From positions 192,001 to 256,000 of the forward strand of contig CAVXYC010000032.1 in assembly GCA_963765765.1 (NCBI GenBank): a stretch of 64,000 nt of DNA, read 5' to 3'. The DNA comes from an uncultured Chloroflexia bacterium. GTDB taxonomy: Bacteria > Chloroflexota > UBA6077 > JACCZL01. The position numbers were made by a program, and so were the translations under genes. The notes under the pieces are model-generated. The model saw only the letters and a program-made list of their open reading frames with translations. It ran no database searches and had not been told where the DNA came from. Positions 51,509 through 62,137 of this stretch are shown piece by piece (positions within the stretch are counted from its first letter, which is position 1; each line of letters starts with the position of its first letter).

Positions 51509-51937
51509 TTGCTTTCAACGCCGTCCGGAACGGTTCTCATTGTCGAATACGACGATGCCGTTCTAGAACTCTTTACCCAAGTGCTGGGGACCGCCGGTTA
51601 CGCGGCGATCCCTTGCTCTGACGATGAGCAAGCCATTGAGCTCCTCCAGGACTCCGTACCAAACCTTCTCGTGCTCAACCCCGGCCCAGCGGGCCTAAGT
51701 CAGGAATTTGTGCAGGCAATAGACGACGATCCGCGACTCAGTGATCTGCCCATCCTGATCTGCGCCACATCGCCGCGGCACCTCGAGCGCTCCCAATGGC
51801 GCCATTCGCGCCAGTGGGGGACCGTCTCGAAGCCGTTCGACCTGCCCGCACTTCTTAATGTCGTCGACTCGCTCGCGAGCCGCTCGCCCCAGAGCTCAGG
51901 AGCGGAGTACTCCAGCTCATACATGAGCGCCAACTAA
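51509..51937 (+). CDS. Atypical (pseudo) receiver domain protein, paralog of 46064..46519
   Basis: VLIVEYDD...PNLLVLNPGP (Asp->Asn)...DLPILIC...KPFDL. Confidence 0.75.
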   Translation: MLSTPSGTVLIVEYDDAVLELFTQVLGTAGYAAIPCSDDEQAIELLQDSVPNLLVLNPGPAGLSQEFVQAIDDDPRLSDLPILICATSPRHLERSQWRHSRQWGTVSKPFDLPALLNVVDSLASRSPQSSGAEYSSSYMSAN

Positions 51938-51967
51938 CAAAGCGGCTCGGGCCAGGCCGATCCACCA

Positions 51968-53404
51968 CTATGCCGCGGATGATTCCGCATGTGGTGCTCG
52001 ACCGAATCGGCCCGGTCTCCGATCAAACGGAGACCGACCGATCGCGCGCCAGCGCTGCACTACCAGCACTAGCGTCACGGAGAGCAGTCCGAGAGCGAGC
52101 GGCCGAAGCACGAGCTCCATTGCCCAGTCGCGGCCTTGAAGTGCAAGGTGCCCGACGGGATATTCGATCCAGCGCGCCGCGTTGGCGGCGATCAGACGTG
52201 TCTCCTGGCGCGCCATGTCCGTGAAGGTGGCATCGTATGGATAGACGCCGGCGGCGTGGATGTATTCAGCCGAGCGCGTGAGATGAGCCGCGGCCCATTG
52301 CTCAGCAGGCGCGGCCACGGTGGCGGCTGGCTGACCCGGAATGAGCATTCGATCGAGCTTGGACACCGACGCAAGGTCGTGGCGAGGCACGAGGTCAAGA
52401 CCATGCTGTGTGCGGATGATGGTCCGCTCTGCGCCAATGGTCAGGACGTCGGTGGCCAGGGCACGCGGGTACGTGTCCGTAACCGAGCTCAGCTCAATCT
52501 CACTCACTCCCGGGTAGAGAAAGAGGCCAATGTGCGTGCGCCCGAAGCGGAACACGTTCGGTAACGTAACCGTGTCGCTATCAGACGGAACTTCCCAGGT
52601 TGGGTCGTCCAAATAGCGCGTGTGCGGGTAACCGACTCGCTCAGCGGTTGCATCGGCGACGGCTCGACCAAGGAGACGTTCCAGCGTGTAGAGCGTGGCA
52701 TCGACTCCGGAAGTGACTCCGGCAGACGAAATGAAGCGACCATCATCGACGTAGCGGAGCCCGCGGACCCAATTCACCTCTGGATGGGTCTTTTCCACCA
52801 CCGTCAAGGTCGTGTGGTGCGACGTGGCCGAATGCCCATCCAGAATTCCAGAGTCTGCCACCATTTGCGCTCCGCCGCAGATCGACAGGATGACAGTCTG
52901 ATCGCCGGGGCGCTCCCGCAGCCAGCTCAGCACGGCGGCGTCCGCCGCGTTGGTGAACGGAATGTACGGGACGACGACCAGATCTGGAGCCTGACCAATC
53001 TGCTGGTCGTACTCAGCGAACGAAAAGTGCGGCACGAGGTCCACAGGCGCGCAGCACTGCTGGAGCGGCACTGGCATCAGTGGAGAGAGCTGCCGCTCCG
53101 GCGCAACGACATAGACGTTGAATGCGTCAGAGGCTGCGAGCACTTCATACGGACCGAGAAGGTCGCTGACCTCCGTACCGGCGTTGCCCGCCACGATCAG
53201 CGCGGTACGCTTTGCTGGGTCGTGGGTTGGGGATGCCGGCAGGGCCTCATCGATAGCGGGCGGCGATTGGAGCGGGTTCTGGGACACCACACCCAGAATG
53301 GATACCACGAGGGCTAGTAACGATGGGAGAAGAAAGACGAGCACGAGCGCCAGCGGCTTCACGAGAGGACGGGCGCGACGAGCGATCGATCGGCGAATGT
53401 TCAT
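51968..53404 (-). CDS. Membrane-anchored tandem DJ-1/PfpI family protein
   Basis: GTEVSDLLGPYEV, SICGGA nucleophile, ISSAGVTSGVD; second domain lacks the Cys; N- and C-terminal TM helices. Confidence 0.88.
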   Translation of the reverse strand: MNIRRSIARRARPLVKPLALVLVFLLPSLLALVVSILGVVSQNPLQSPPAIDEALPASPTHDPAKRTALIVAGNAGTEVSDLLGPYEVLAASDAFNVYVVAPERQLSPLMPVPLQQCCAPVDLVPHFSFAEYDQQIGQAPDLVVVPYIPFTNAADAAVLSWLRERPGDQTVILSICGGAQMVADSGILDGHSATSHHTTLTVVEKTHPEVNWVRGLRYVDDGRFISSAGVTSGVDATLYTLERLLGRAVADATAERVGYPHTRYLDDPTWEVPSDSDTVTLPNVFRFGRTHIGLFLYPGVSEIELSSVTDTYPRALATDVLTIGAERTIIRTQHGLDLVPRHDLASVSKLDRMLIPGQPAATVAAPAEQWAAAHLTRSAEYIHAAGVYPYDATFTDMARQETRLIAANAARWIEYPVGHLALQGRDWAMELVLRPLALGLLSVTLVLVVQRWRAIGRSPFDRRPGRFGRAPHAESSAA

Positions 53405-53597
53405 GAGAATCAAACTCCGTATTTAGATTCAAAAGGTACGTGCATAGTGTTTCGTCCCGGCTGAGCCGGGACATCGGAGACATGGTGGAATTGACGTTCA
53501 CGATTCGCTGAACGTCACTCCAACAAATGTCGAATCCGGCTCAGGCGCGTCCTGGGGGCTGGAGTGCCCGACAGCAGATCAGCCGCTACACTGAGTT

Positions 53598-54806
53598 ATG
53601 TCTGCCTCACCCGCGGAAGAGCGTGGGAGGGTCGTCGATGCGTATCCGGACGGCCTTGGGTCGGAAGTCACAGCGTTGCTGGACGCGGCTCGCGATCTCG
53701 CCTCGACACTCGAGCAGCGGCCGCTTCTGGAGCTGCTTCTGGATCACCTCAGCAGGCTCGTTGACTACACGGGCACGGCCATTTTGAGCCTCAGCGAAGC
53801 AGGTGACTCTCTAGCCTTCGCCCACATGCGCGGTCCGGCCTCGTTCACCTGGGAGCAGGCCCGCCAGATCACGTATTCGGTGGCCGACTTCGGTCCACCC
53901 TGGGACAGGCTCTGCCAGGAGGAGCCCATTGTTATCGCGGACATTCAGGATGAGACTCTCGAAGCGATGACATTTCGCCGTATGGTGGGCGAGAGCGATC
54001 TAAGTACCACCTACGCGTTCATCCGCTCGGCGATGTGGATACCACTGGTTGTGCGTGAACGAATCATCGGGCTGCTTTCGATCACCAATAGCACCCCCCA
54101 CGTCTACGGCCCTCGGGACGCCGCGCTAGCGTTGGCCATCGCTCGGCAGGCGGCAGTGGCAATGGAGAACGCGCGACTCCATGAGCGCGCCCGCCAGGCC
54201 GCGGTCCTGGAGGAGCGACAGCGGCTGGCACGTGAGCTGCACGATTCAGTCACCCAGTCGCTTTACGGAATCTCCTTGTATGCCGAGGCGGCCGCCCGAG
54301 CACTGGCCGATGGCGAGCTTGATCCGCTGCGGAACACACTGCACGAGATTCGTGAGACAACGCAGGAAGCGCTGGGCGAGATGCGCCTCCTGTTGTTCGA
54401 TCTTCGGCCGCCCTTGCTGGAGGAGCAGGGTCTTGCTGATGCTTTACACTCGCGGCTGCGATCCGTGGAGACGCGCTCGGGGCTGGTCGCTGAGCTGCAC
54501 GCCGAGAACGCGGAGCGACTATCTGCGGCCATGGAGCAGGAGCTGTATCGCCTGGCCCAGGAGGCATTGAATAATGTGTTGAAGCACGCGCATGCGGCTC
54601 GGGTTGAAGTGCGGCTGAATATCGCGGGAGACCGGGCCACCCTGGAGATCGTGGACGATGGCGTCGGCTTCGAACCGGGCTTGCGAGGTGGCAACGGCTT
54701 TGGTCTAGCTGGCATGCGCGAGCGCGCCGAGCGACTCGGCGGGACATTACGGGTTGAAAGCGCACCGGGAGCAGGCACACGCGTTCACGTCGAGATACCG
54801 CGATGA
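53598..54806 (+). CDS. GAF sensor histidine kinase (HisKA_3, NarX/DegS type)
   Basis: EERQRLARELHDSVTQ, QEALNNVLKHA, DDGVGF, GFGLAGMRER. Confidence 0.93.
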   Translation: MSASPAEERGRVVDAYPDGLGSEVTALLDAARDLASTLEQRPLLELLLDHLSRLVDYTGTAILSLSEAGDSLAFAHMRGPASFTWEQARQITYSVADFGPPWDRLCQEEPIVIADIQDETLEAMTFRRMVGESDLSTTYAFIRSAMWIPLVVRERIIGLLSITNSTPHVYGPRDAALALAIARQAAVAMENARLHERARQAAVLEERQRLARELHDSVTQSLYGISLYAEAAARALADGELDPLRNTLHEIRETTQEALGEMRLLLFDLRPPLLEEQGLADALHSRLRSVETRSGLVAELHAENAERLSAAMEQELYRLAQEALNNVLKHAHAARVEVRLNIAGDRATLEIVDDGVGFEPGLRGGNGFGLAGMRERAERLGGTLRVESAPGAGTRVHVEIPR

Positions 54807-55488
54807 ACGCTAGTGAGGCAGATCCGATCAGGGTGATCCTGGTGGACGATCACGCGGTCGTTCGAAAGGGTCTGTGCGCTCTGCTGGAGCGGTACCGTGA
54901 CATCGAAGTGGTCGGTGAGGCCGAGAGTGGTGAGCGTGCTGTCCAGCTTGCGGACCAGCTCCGTCCAGACGTCATCCTGATGGACCTCGAGATGCCCGGT
55001 ATTGGCGGCATCGAGGCAATTCGACAGATCAGCGGTCAGCACTCGTCCGTAAAAATCGTGGCGCTGACGAGCCACGCCGCCGAGGAAGATGTCTTCCCGG
55101 CGCTCAAGGCCGGCGCGCTCGGCTACATCCTGAAGCACTCCGCTCCCGACGACGTGCTTGGGGCCATCCGGCGGGCCCACCAGGGGGAGCCCGCGCTGCA
55201 CCCGTCTATCGCGCGCATGATGCTGCAGGAGCTACACCATCCGCCTCAGCCTCGTCAGACGCTGACCACCGACCTCTCTCAGAACGCGAGCTCGAGGTCC
55301 TTCGGCTCCTGGCTCGAGGGATGAGTAATCAAGAGATCGCCGACACCCTCGTGGTCGGCGAAGCTACCGTCCGCAGCCATGTGAGCGCCATCCTGCGCAA
55401 GCTGCAGCTCGCGAGTCGAACGCAGGCCGCGCTCTACGCCCTGCGCGAAGGCCTCGCCTCCCTCGGTGACGCCGATCTGGCGCGCTGA
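54803..55488 (+). CDS. NarL-family response regulator (frameshifted)
   Basis: ATGA overlap; [11 protein letters not shown]...DLEMP; Lux[23 protein letters not shown] in shifted frame. Confidence 0.9.
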
Positions 55489-55543
55489 AGATTCGAGCAG
55501 CATGGGGAATGCATCCAGGCTCCTTGATCAATGGTTTGATTTC

Positions 55544-55660
55544 CATCCTCGGCCTCCCTGTCATCCTGGAGCGCAGCGAAGGATCTTATCGGAGTCCTGT
55601 GCTCAGGACTCCGGCTAAGATCCTTCGCTGCGCTCCAGGATGACAGGGAGGCCGAGGATG
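55544..55660. repeat. Long inverted repeat of the GTCATCCTG(G)AGCGCAGCGAAGGATCT REP family
   Basis: About 45-bp perfect arms CATCCTCGGCCTCCCTGTCATCCTGGAGCGCAGCGAAGGATCTTA and its complement. Confidence 0.85.
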
Positions 55661-55960
55661 CCCTCGAGCCGCCGGCGGTATGGAGATCTACGCGCTGGAC
55701 CAGGTTGCGTACGGACGCATGAATGCAGAAGTCGAGCGACAGTAGGGCACTCATGAATGGCACAAATCCGCCAGAGTCACCGCGGGCCCGCCACGTCTCA
55801 TGGCAGGCCCGCGGCTCTTTTCTAGAGTATGACACTAGTCGCTCTGGTCCTTGGCAGGTCATGCTTACTGACAATTTATTGCTCTCCAGGCATCCACCAC
55901 CCGGAGCGTGATGCCTCCTGGAGACGCCGGGGAAACCGGCGCTCCAGGGCATCGTGGGGA

Positions 55961-57139
55961 TTACCCCCAGCGAGGCTGCTCGCCCAAGCCAATTCCCAGC
56001 GTGGTCTTGCCGACGATCTCGTGCACAAGTGCCGAGTTCGCGGGGTGGAAGCCACCGGCGCGCACGTCTCGGTACAGTCGTTCAAGCTCGCTCGCCTTGA
56101 ACATTCCGGATCCACCCGACACGTCCATCGCCAGATCCACCACTCGTTTGGCGGACTCAACGGCGTGGTACTTGGCCGAAACGATCTTGGATGGCCACTG
56201 CGCTCCGTGGTCCACGCCCTCGGACCAGTCCCGAGCGACGCTGTCAAGGTGCGGGCCCGCGGCATCGATCTCTAGCGTCATCTCGGCGAACTGGTGCTGG
56301 ACCTCAGGGTGATAGGCCATGGTTCGCGAGACGGCCAGAGACTTTTTGGTACTCACGGATGTCACTGCGAGATCTCGGGCACGAAGAGCGATGGCGTGAT
56401 AGATGTTCCCGAAGTTCAAGAGGGCCCAGGCAAACAGCGCTCCGACGAACGGATCAAGACCACCAGCCGGAACGCGTCGAGCGATGTACCGATCGGGAAC
56501 GAACGCGCCGCTCAGTATGGTGTCATCGCTTCGGGTGGCACGCATGCCAAGCGTGTCCCAGGTTTCCTTGATCTCATAGCCCTCAGAGCTGCGCGGCAAG
56601 AAGCCGTGAATGACCGTGGGGTGCTCGGGATCCGACGTATCCATTCCGTGGATTCCCAGGCGGGTCCAGACTGGAGTCATGCTGCCGAACATCTTGCGGC
56701 CAGTAAAACGATAACCGCCTTCTACGCGCTCCGCCGATGATGTGGAGAGCAGGACCGGCAGATCGTTCCCGGCCTCGCCATGGCCCGCGGCGAATACTTC
56801 GCCGCGTACGGTCTCCTCGAGCAGCCAGGTAAGCGACGCGTCGCCCATCCGATAGAGGTCTGCCGCGATGCCTGTCCAGTACAGGTGCATGTTGATGGCA
56901 AGCGCCGTGGCCGGCGCGCGATAAGCGAGGCGTCGCTGCTCGTGCGCCACCTCGGCCAGAGACAGGCCGTGGCCGCCGAACTCTCGCGGCACGGCAAGAA
57001 GCAGGTAGCCCGCCTCTTTCAACTCCTCGAAATCTTCGGTGAAGAAGCGATTCTCGCGGTCATAGCCACGAGCGCGTTGACCGCATCGGTCAATGAGACT
57101 GTCGGTCAGAACGGTTGTCGAAGGTGTAGCAATAGCCAT
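55961..57139 (-). CDS. Acyl-CoA dehydrogenase family protein
   Basis: YDRENRF, VPREFGG, INMH, GRKMFGS, TWDTLGMRATRSD, ERLYRDVRAG. Confidence 0.92.
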   Translation of the reverse strand: MAIATPSTTVLTDSLIDRCGQRARGYDRENRFFTEDFEELKEAGYLLLAVPREFGGHGLSLAEVAHEQRRLAYRAPATALAINMHLYWTGIAADLYRMGDASLTWLLEETVRGEVFAAGHGEAGNDLPVLLSTSSAERVEGGYRFTGRKMFGSMTPVWTRLGIHGMDTSDPEHPTVIHGFLPRSSEGYEIKETWDTLGMRATRSDDTILSGAFVPDRYIARRVPAGGLDPFVGALFAWALLNFGNIYHAIALRARDLAVTSVSTKKSLAVSRTMAYHPEVQHQFAEMTLEIDAAGPHLDSVARDWSEGVDHGAQWPSKIVSAKYHAVESAKRVVDLAMDVSGGSGMFKASELERLYRDVRAGGFHPANSALVHEIVGKTTLGIGLGEQPRWG

Positions 57140-57270
57140 GATGATCCTTCCTGGCTTTGAACTTGCTTGGCGGGGCCCTGTGCCTCGTCCACTGCAAGTC
57201 TCTGCCTGCCAGGATCACCAGCCATCACGGGAACCCGTGATTTGGGACCACTATTCTGGGCGTCCATCCG

Positions 57271-57353
57271 CTCCCTCGCCCCCTGGAAGAGGGTGGGCCG
57301 ACATCCCCTATCACGGAACCCTCACCCCAGCCCTCTCCCAAGGGGCGAGGGGG
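57271..57353. repeat. CCCTCACCCCAGCCCTCTCCC-type intergenic repeat
   Basis: CTCCCTCGCCCCCTGG...CCCTCACCCCAGCCCTCTCCCAAGGGGCGAGGGG. Confidence 0.6.
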
Positions 57354-57365
57354 CCGAGCTGGACC

Positions 57366-60294
57366 TCAGCTCAAGCCGTGCTGGACGGCGTATGCGGTGG
57401 CTTCGGCGCGGCCGCGAGCGCCGATCTTCTGGTAGACGTGCGTGATGTGCCGCTCAACGGTGTTGACGCTGATAATCAGCTTATCGGCGATCTCCTGGGT
57501 GGTGCGACCGGATGCGATGAGCCCCAGGACCTCGATCTCTCGCGTGGTTAGACCGTCAGGATGCGTCACGGACAAGTACGGCTGGCTCGAGCCGTGAGAT
57601 TGCGGCGAGTCGGCGGGGTGAATCGCCAGGGCCTCCTCCGCAACCTCGTCCATCGACATCTTGCGCCCAATGATCCGCTCCGCCTGGAAACGCTCTTCGC
57701 CAAGGGAGCCGCGGATCGTATCCGACGCTGGACCGAGTACCGACTCCACCAGTGGAATAGGCCGAATGCTCACTGCCTCGCTCAAGGCGCTCAAGGCGCC
57801 TGACAATCTAGCCGCGCGCTCGATATCGCCCACCGCCACCGCTAGCGCCACAAACTGCGCCACGAGATTGCCCAGGAGCCAGCCGGCGTCCAGACCGCGA
57901 TAGTACTGGAGCGCCTCGCCAAGCCGTTCCCGCGTGGCCGGATAGTCACCTTCCGCGAAGTCAATCAGTCCGATCAGCGAGAGGATCGTTCCGGCGCCCT
58001 CCCGGAAGTCAATGCGGCGGCGGATGGTCAGGCTGTCCTCATACAGGCGCCGGGCATTCGCGTACCGGCCCTGAATTTGGTCTGCCAGGCCAAGGAGATG
58101 GAGCGCCCAGCCTTCCAACCACTCGTCCTGGATGTCGTGCGCCAGACCCAGACTCTGACGGCCGAAGTCTCGTGCGCAGTCAGCATCTCCCTCGATATAA
58201 CAAACGCGACCCAGGAGATGAAGCGCCCAGCCGGCCCACCATCCCTGGTCCAGGTTTCGAGAGAGAGCAAGCGCATCCTCCAGCAACGGCCGCGCCGCGC
58301 GCGTGTCTTGCTGGATGTGGGCGAGCCGGCCTGCACCAGCCAGGGCTTTGACGCGTGTGAGCGATGCATCATCGGTCTGGCTCAATGCGCGCGCCAGCCA
58401 GCGACGCGCCTCTCCGATGTGCGATCGGTTGTACCAGTACCAGGAAAGCGCGCCGCTCAGGCGTAGAGCCAGATGGGGATCACCCTCTGGGGTAAGGCTC
58501 CATTCCAGTGCCGCGCGTAGATTGTTGCGCTCTGACTCCAGGCGATCCAGCCAGTGAGCCTGCTCTGGACCCCGCAACAGAGGCTCAGCCTCCTCTGCAA
58601 GGGCCAGGAAATACTCGGCATGCCATCGGTGTATGATCGCGAGCTCACCGTTGAGAGCCAGGCTTTCCAGACCGTATTCGCGAATGGTCTCGAGCATTGC
58701 GTACCGAGGCTCGCCGGTCGGATCGTGCATGGGCCTGAGCAAGCTTTTGGCAAGCAACGAGTCGATGCCGTCCAACGCATCGACATCCAGTGGAGTAGCT
58801 GCCGCCGTCAATACCTGGCAGGCAGCTTCTGCGGCTTCGATCGTGCAACCGCCAACGAACACGGAGAGTCGGCGGAAGAACGCTTGCTCCTGCGGATCCA
58901 GGAGGTCGTAGCTCCAGGCGATCGTATCGCGAAGCGTCTGCTGCCGCGCCGGCTGGTCGCGCGGGCCGCCCGTCAGAAGTTGTAGTGACGGTGCGCTTGC
59001 CGGCAACGACAACCTCGCCAGCATCGCCGAGGGTGACAACAAGCGCGCCCGAGCCGCCGCAAGCTCGATGGCGAGCGGCAAGCCATCGAGACGATGACAG
59101 ATCTCCGCGACATCCGAGGCATTGGTCTCCGTCAGCGCGAAATCGGCCCGAACTGCCTGGGCACGCTCTACAAAGAGTCGGATGGATTCATACGTCCTGA
59201 GCGCGGCGACGCCATCCTTCGCACTCGCCAGCGGCTCACGCGGTGGTACTGCAAGCGACGGCACTTCATACTCGCGCTCGCCCGACAAGCGAAGCGCCAC
59301 GCGACTCGTCACCAGCAGCTTGAGACGGTCCGAGGCGCTCAGGATATCCGCGAGCTGCGGCCCCGCGTCGATGATCTGCTCGAGATTGTCCAGGACGATC
59401 AAGATCTCGCGATCACGGAGATGCTGCTTCAGCGTGTCGAGCGACTCAGGCCCACCGTCGATTGCCACGGCGAGCTCCCGACCGATGGTGGGCGCAACCA
59501 GGTCAGGGTCGCGAATCGGGGCGAGCCTGACGAAGTACACGCCATCGTCGAAGTCGTCCACCACATCCGCTGGCAACCTGAGCAGCCAGGCGCGTTTTGC
59601 CGATGCCTCCTGGCCCGATCAGCGTGACCAGCCCCGCGTCTGGCCGAAGCAGTAGCGCGCGAATCTCGGCGATCTCTCGCTCACGGCCTACCAGTGCGCC
59701 TCGCGACGTTGGCAGATGCCGAAGACGCGTATCCGGTCCCTCGAGCGGCGGAAAGTCTTCAGGAAGATCGGACGTCGAGAGCTGGAACACACCCTCCGGC
59801 TGCCTCAAGTCGCGAAGACGGTGAACTCCCAAATCGCGGAGTACGGCCCCATTCGGAATCGACTCTCGCACAAGGCTCTCGCTGGCTTCGGAAAGCAGGA
59901 TTTGGCCACCGTGCCCCAGGCCACGGATGCGGGCGCAGCGGTTGACCGCCGCCCCGTAATAGTCGCCGTCTCTGAGATTTGCCTCACCGGTATGGATGGC
60001 GATGCGCGCCTTTATCGGCTGGGGAGTGGGCCACGACTCCGCGGCGAAAGCTCGCTGGATGGAGAGCGCCGCGGAAGCCGCGGATATGGCGCCAGCGAAC
60101 ACGGCGAAGCGGCTGTCACCTTCACCGCGCGGGCGGATATGCACGCCGCCATGATCCCGGACGGCCGCCTCGAACAGGGCATCGTGAGAAACGAGGGCGA
60201 GACGCATCGAATCGGGAGCCTGGTCCCATAGGGCAGTGCTGCCCTCGATATCAGTAAGGAGAAAAGTGACCGTACCCGTTGGCAGATCTGCCAT
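57366..60294 (-). CDS. Class III adenylate/guanylate cyclase-STAND ATPase-TPR-LuxR regulator (frameshifted)
   Basis: LPTGTVTFLLTDIEGST, GEGDS, VNRCAR; GPGGIGKT; LDNLEQ; DGLPLAIELAA; TPRs; LTTREIEVL HTH; frameshift near 59575. Confidence 0.92.
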
Positions 60295-60625
60295 GACGGC
60301 TGTTCCTAGTCAGTGCGGGCCGGTAGCGCCTGATGGTGAATCTCGGTGATTGGCAGGATACCACTCCCTGGCCGTCAGCGAGAGGGCCGAGCGCATTTGA
60401 TCACTAGAACCGCGAGGATAGTTTGCGAATTCCCCAACAGCATGGTCTACGGCGATCAATCGAGTCGGTGGGGCGCAGCGTTGGCCTTTCTATTGTAAGC
60501 GCGCGGGGGTTATCACCAATCGCGGCATCTGTGGGGCGCTCAGCGGGTCCCCTCGAACAGCCGCGTCTCCGAAGAGCACGCGGCTGCGTGCGTATGGCCC
60601 TGAGCTCGCGCAACGAGATACCTGG

Positions 60626-61177
60626 CTACTGTTCGAAGGCCAGCGACAACTCCCCCGGGGCGTCCACAGGGACGCCGGGCGCCGGATGCTGCAGACGCAC
60701 GCGCGCATCGGCGGCGGCGTTGATGGCGACAAACGACCAGTTGAGTCGCGCGAGCTTGGCCTCGGCCTCCGCGCGCGTCTGCCCGATCACATCGGGAGCG
60801 ACCAGACCTTCACTGACGGTAACGCGCACCACGCGCTCCTCGCCCACGTGCCAGCCGGCGACCGGTGACTGCTGGATGATGACGCCGCGGCCATACTGCT
60901 CACTGGGGCGCTGGCCCAGGACTCGCACTGAGATTTCGGCCAACTCTGCTCGATCCTGCACCGTCGCAGCGTCCAGCCCAATAAGGTTGGGGACGCTATG
61001 GGCGAATTGGCGCGCCGGGTTCGGCAGATCGCTGAAGAAATGCGCAATTGCCAGCGTTATCACCGTAAAGATGATCGTTGATAGTGTGATGACTATCGCT
61101 GATTCGTAGGGGCTCGCGCCGGCGGGACGATGTCTGAAGCTCCGCACGGGTTGCGAATGTCGTAGCGAGGTGCTCAT
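60626..61177 (-). CDS. Membrane-anchored PASTA domain protein
   Basis: One TM helix, then VPNLIG...IIQQSP.AG...VTVSEG and APDVIG...QHPAPG. Confidence 0.85.
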   Translation of the reverse strand: MSTSLRHSQPVRSFRHRPAGASPYESAIVITLSTIIFTVITLAIAHFFSDLPNPARQFAHSVPNLIGLDAATVQDRAELAEISVRVLGQRPSEQYGRGVIIQQSPVAGWHVGEERVVRVTVSEGLVAPDVIGQTRAEAEAKLARLNWSFVAINAAADARVRLQHPAPGVPVDAPGELSLAFEQ

Positions 61178-61849
61178 CGTTGACCCTCAATGAAATGCGC
61201 GACGCGCAGTTCGAAGCTCGATGATCTGTCCCCATCCGCGAAGCAAGCCATCTGGATCCTCCCAGCCGCCCAATAAGGCACAACCTAGACCGAAAACCAG
61301 CCGAGACACGGGTACGTTGCTCCAAGCGGGTTCCTCGCTGTCGCCAAAACGGTGCAATCAACTCGTGGTGCGGTTGGGACAGTGGCGCACCAATGGCCCA
61401 CGAGAATCGCCCCGGGTCGCGGACAGAAACTCTATCTCCACTCGAACCAGGCCCGATGCTTGAGGCTCTCCCGAACGAACCGTTTGCTCGAGCAGCTTCC
61501 GGTTTCGCATCTCACCCTTTACGCTAGCTGTCCCGGTGCCGTCCGGGACTTGCGAAGAGCTGAAGGATTACGGACAATTTTGTTACGACGGGCCTGATAC
61601 GAAGTTCGAGGACGGACATTTTTCATCAGGTCACGCCCCGGACGAGGGAAGTTAGTCTTAGGACAGGCCCGTACGGAGCGTGGCACGTGGGATACTTGAT
61701 CGCGTCTTCACGACCATCAGGCCGTCGTTGAATGGACACGAGCGTGGCCCGACTTCCTTAGCCGAAATGTCAAATGCCACGTCTGTCGGACCCGTCGGCT
61801 TCGGTGACCGCGATCCGGCGACCTTACTCTCGCGGGAGAGCCAATGATG

Positions 61850-62090
61850 TGGCCACGGTGGCGACGAGCCGCTCAAGCTCACACCGACGGAGTACCGGCT
61901 GCTGTGCACACTGGCCAGCCGACCCGACCAGGTGCTCTCGCGCCAGGAGCTGACCGAGGCACTCTGGGGTTACTACGATGTGGGCGTGAGCCGCTCACTC
62001 GACGTGCACATCCATTCGGCTGCGGTGCAAGCTAAATGCCTGCGCAGTGGCAGCCCGGATATTCTTTGCGCGGGCTCGGCTTCAAGATCG
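61850..62090 (+). pseudogene. OmpR-type winged-helix DNA-binding domain fragment
   Basis: LKLTPTEYRLLCTLASRPDQVLSRQELTEALWGY....SRSLDVHI; no intact receiver upstream. Confidence 0.65.
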
Positions 62091-62137
62091 CGCGAACCTG
62101 AACCGTCGACTGGAATAATCCCGAACCGCGGAAACTT

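Noticed and set aside
4777-60294. Many split genes (GT4, methyltransferase, SH3, MalT-like, MFS, KaiC-like, NarL, cyclase-STAND) as mass pseudogenisation or programmed frameshifting
   Set aside because: Single-base indels occur throughout, including in otherwise intact conserved genes, which is typical of unpolished long-read assembly; undecidable without reads
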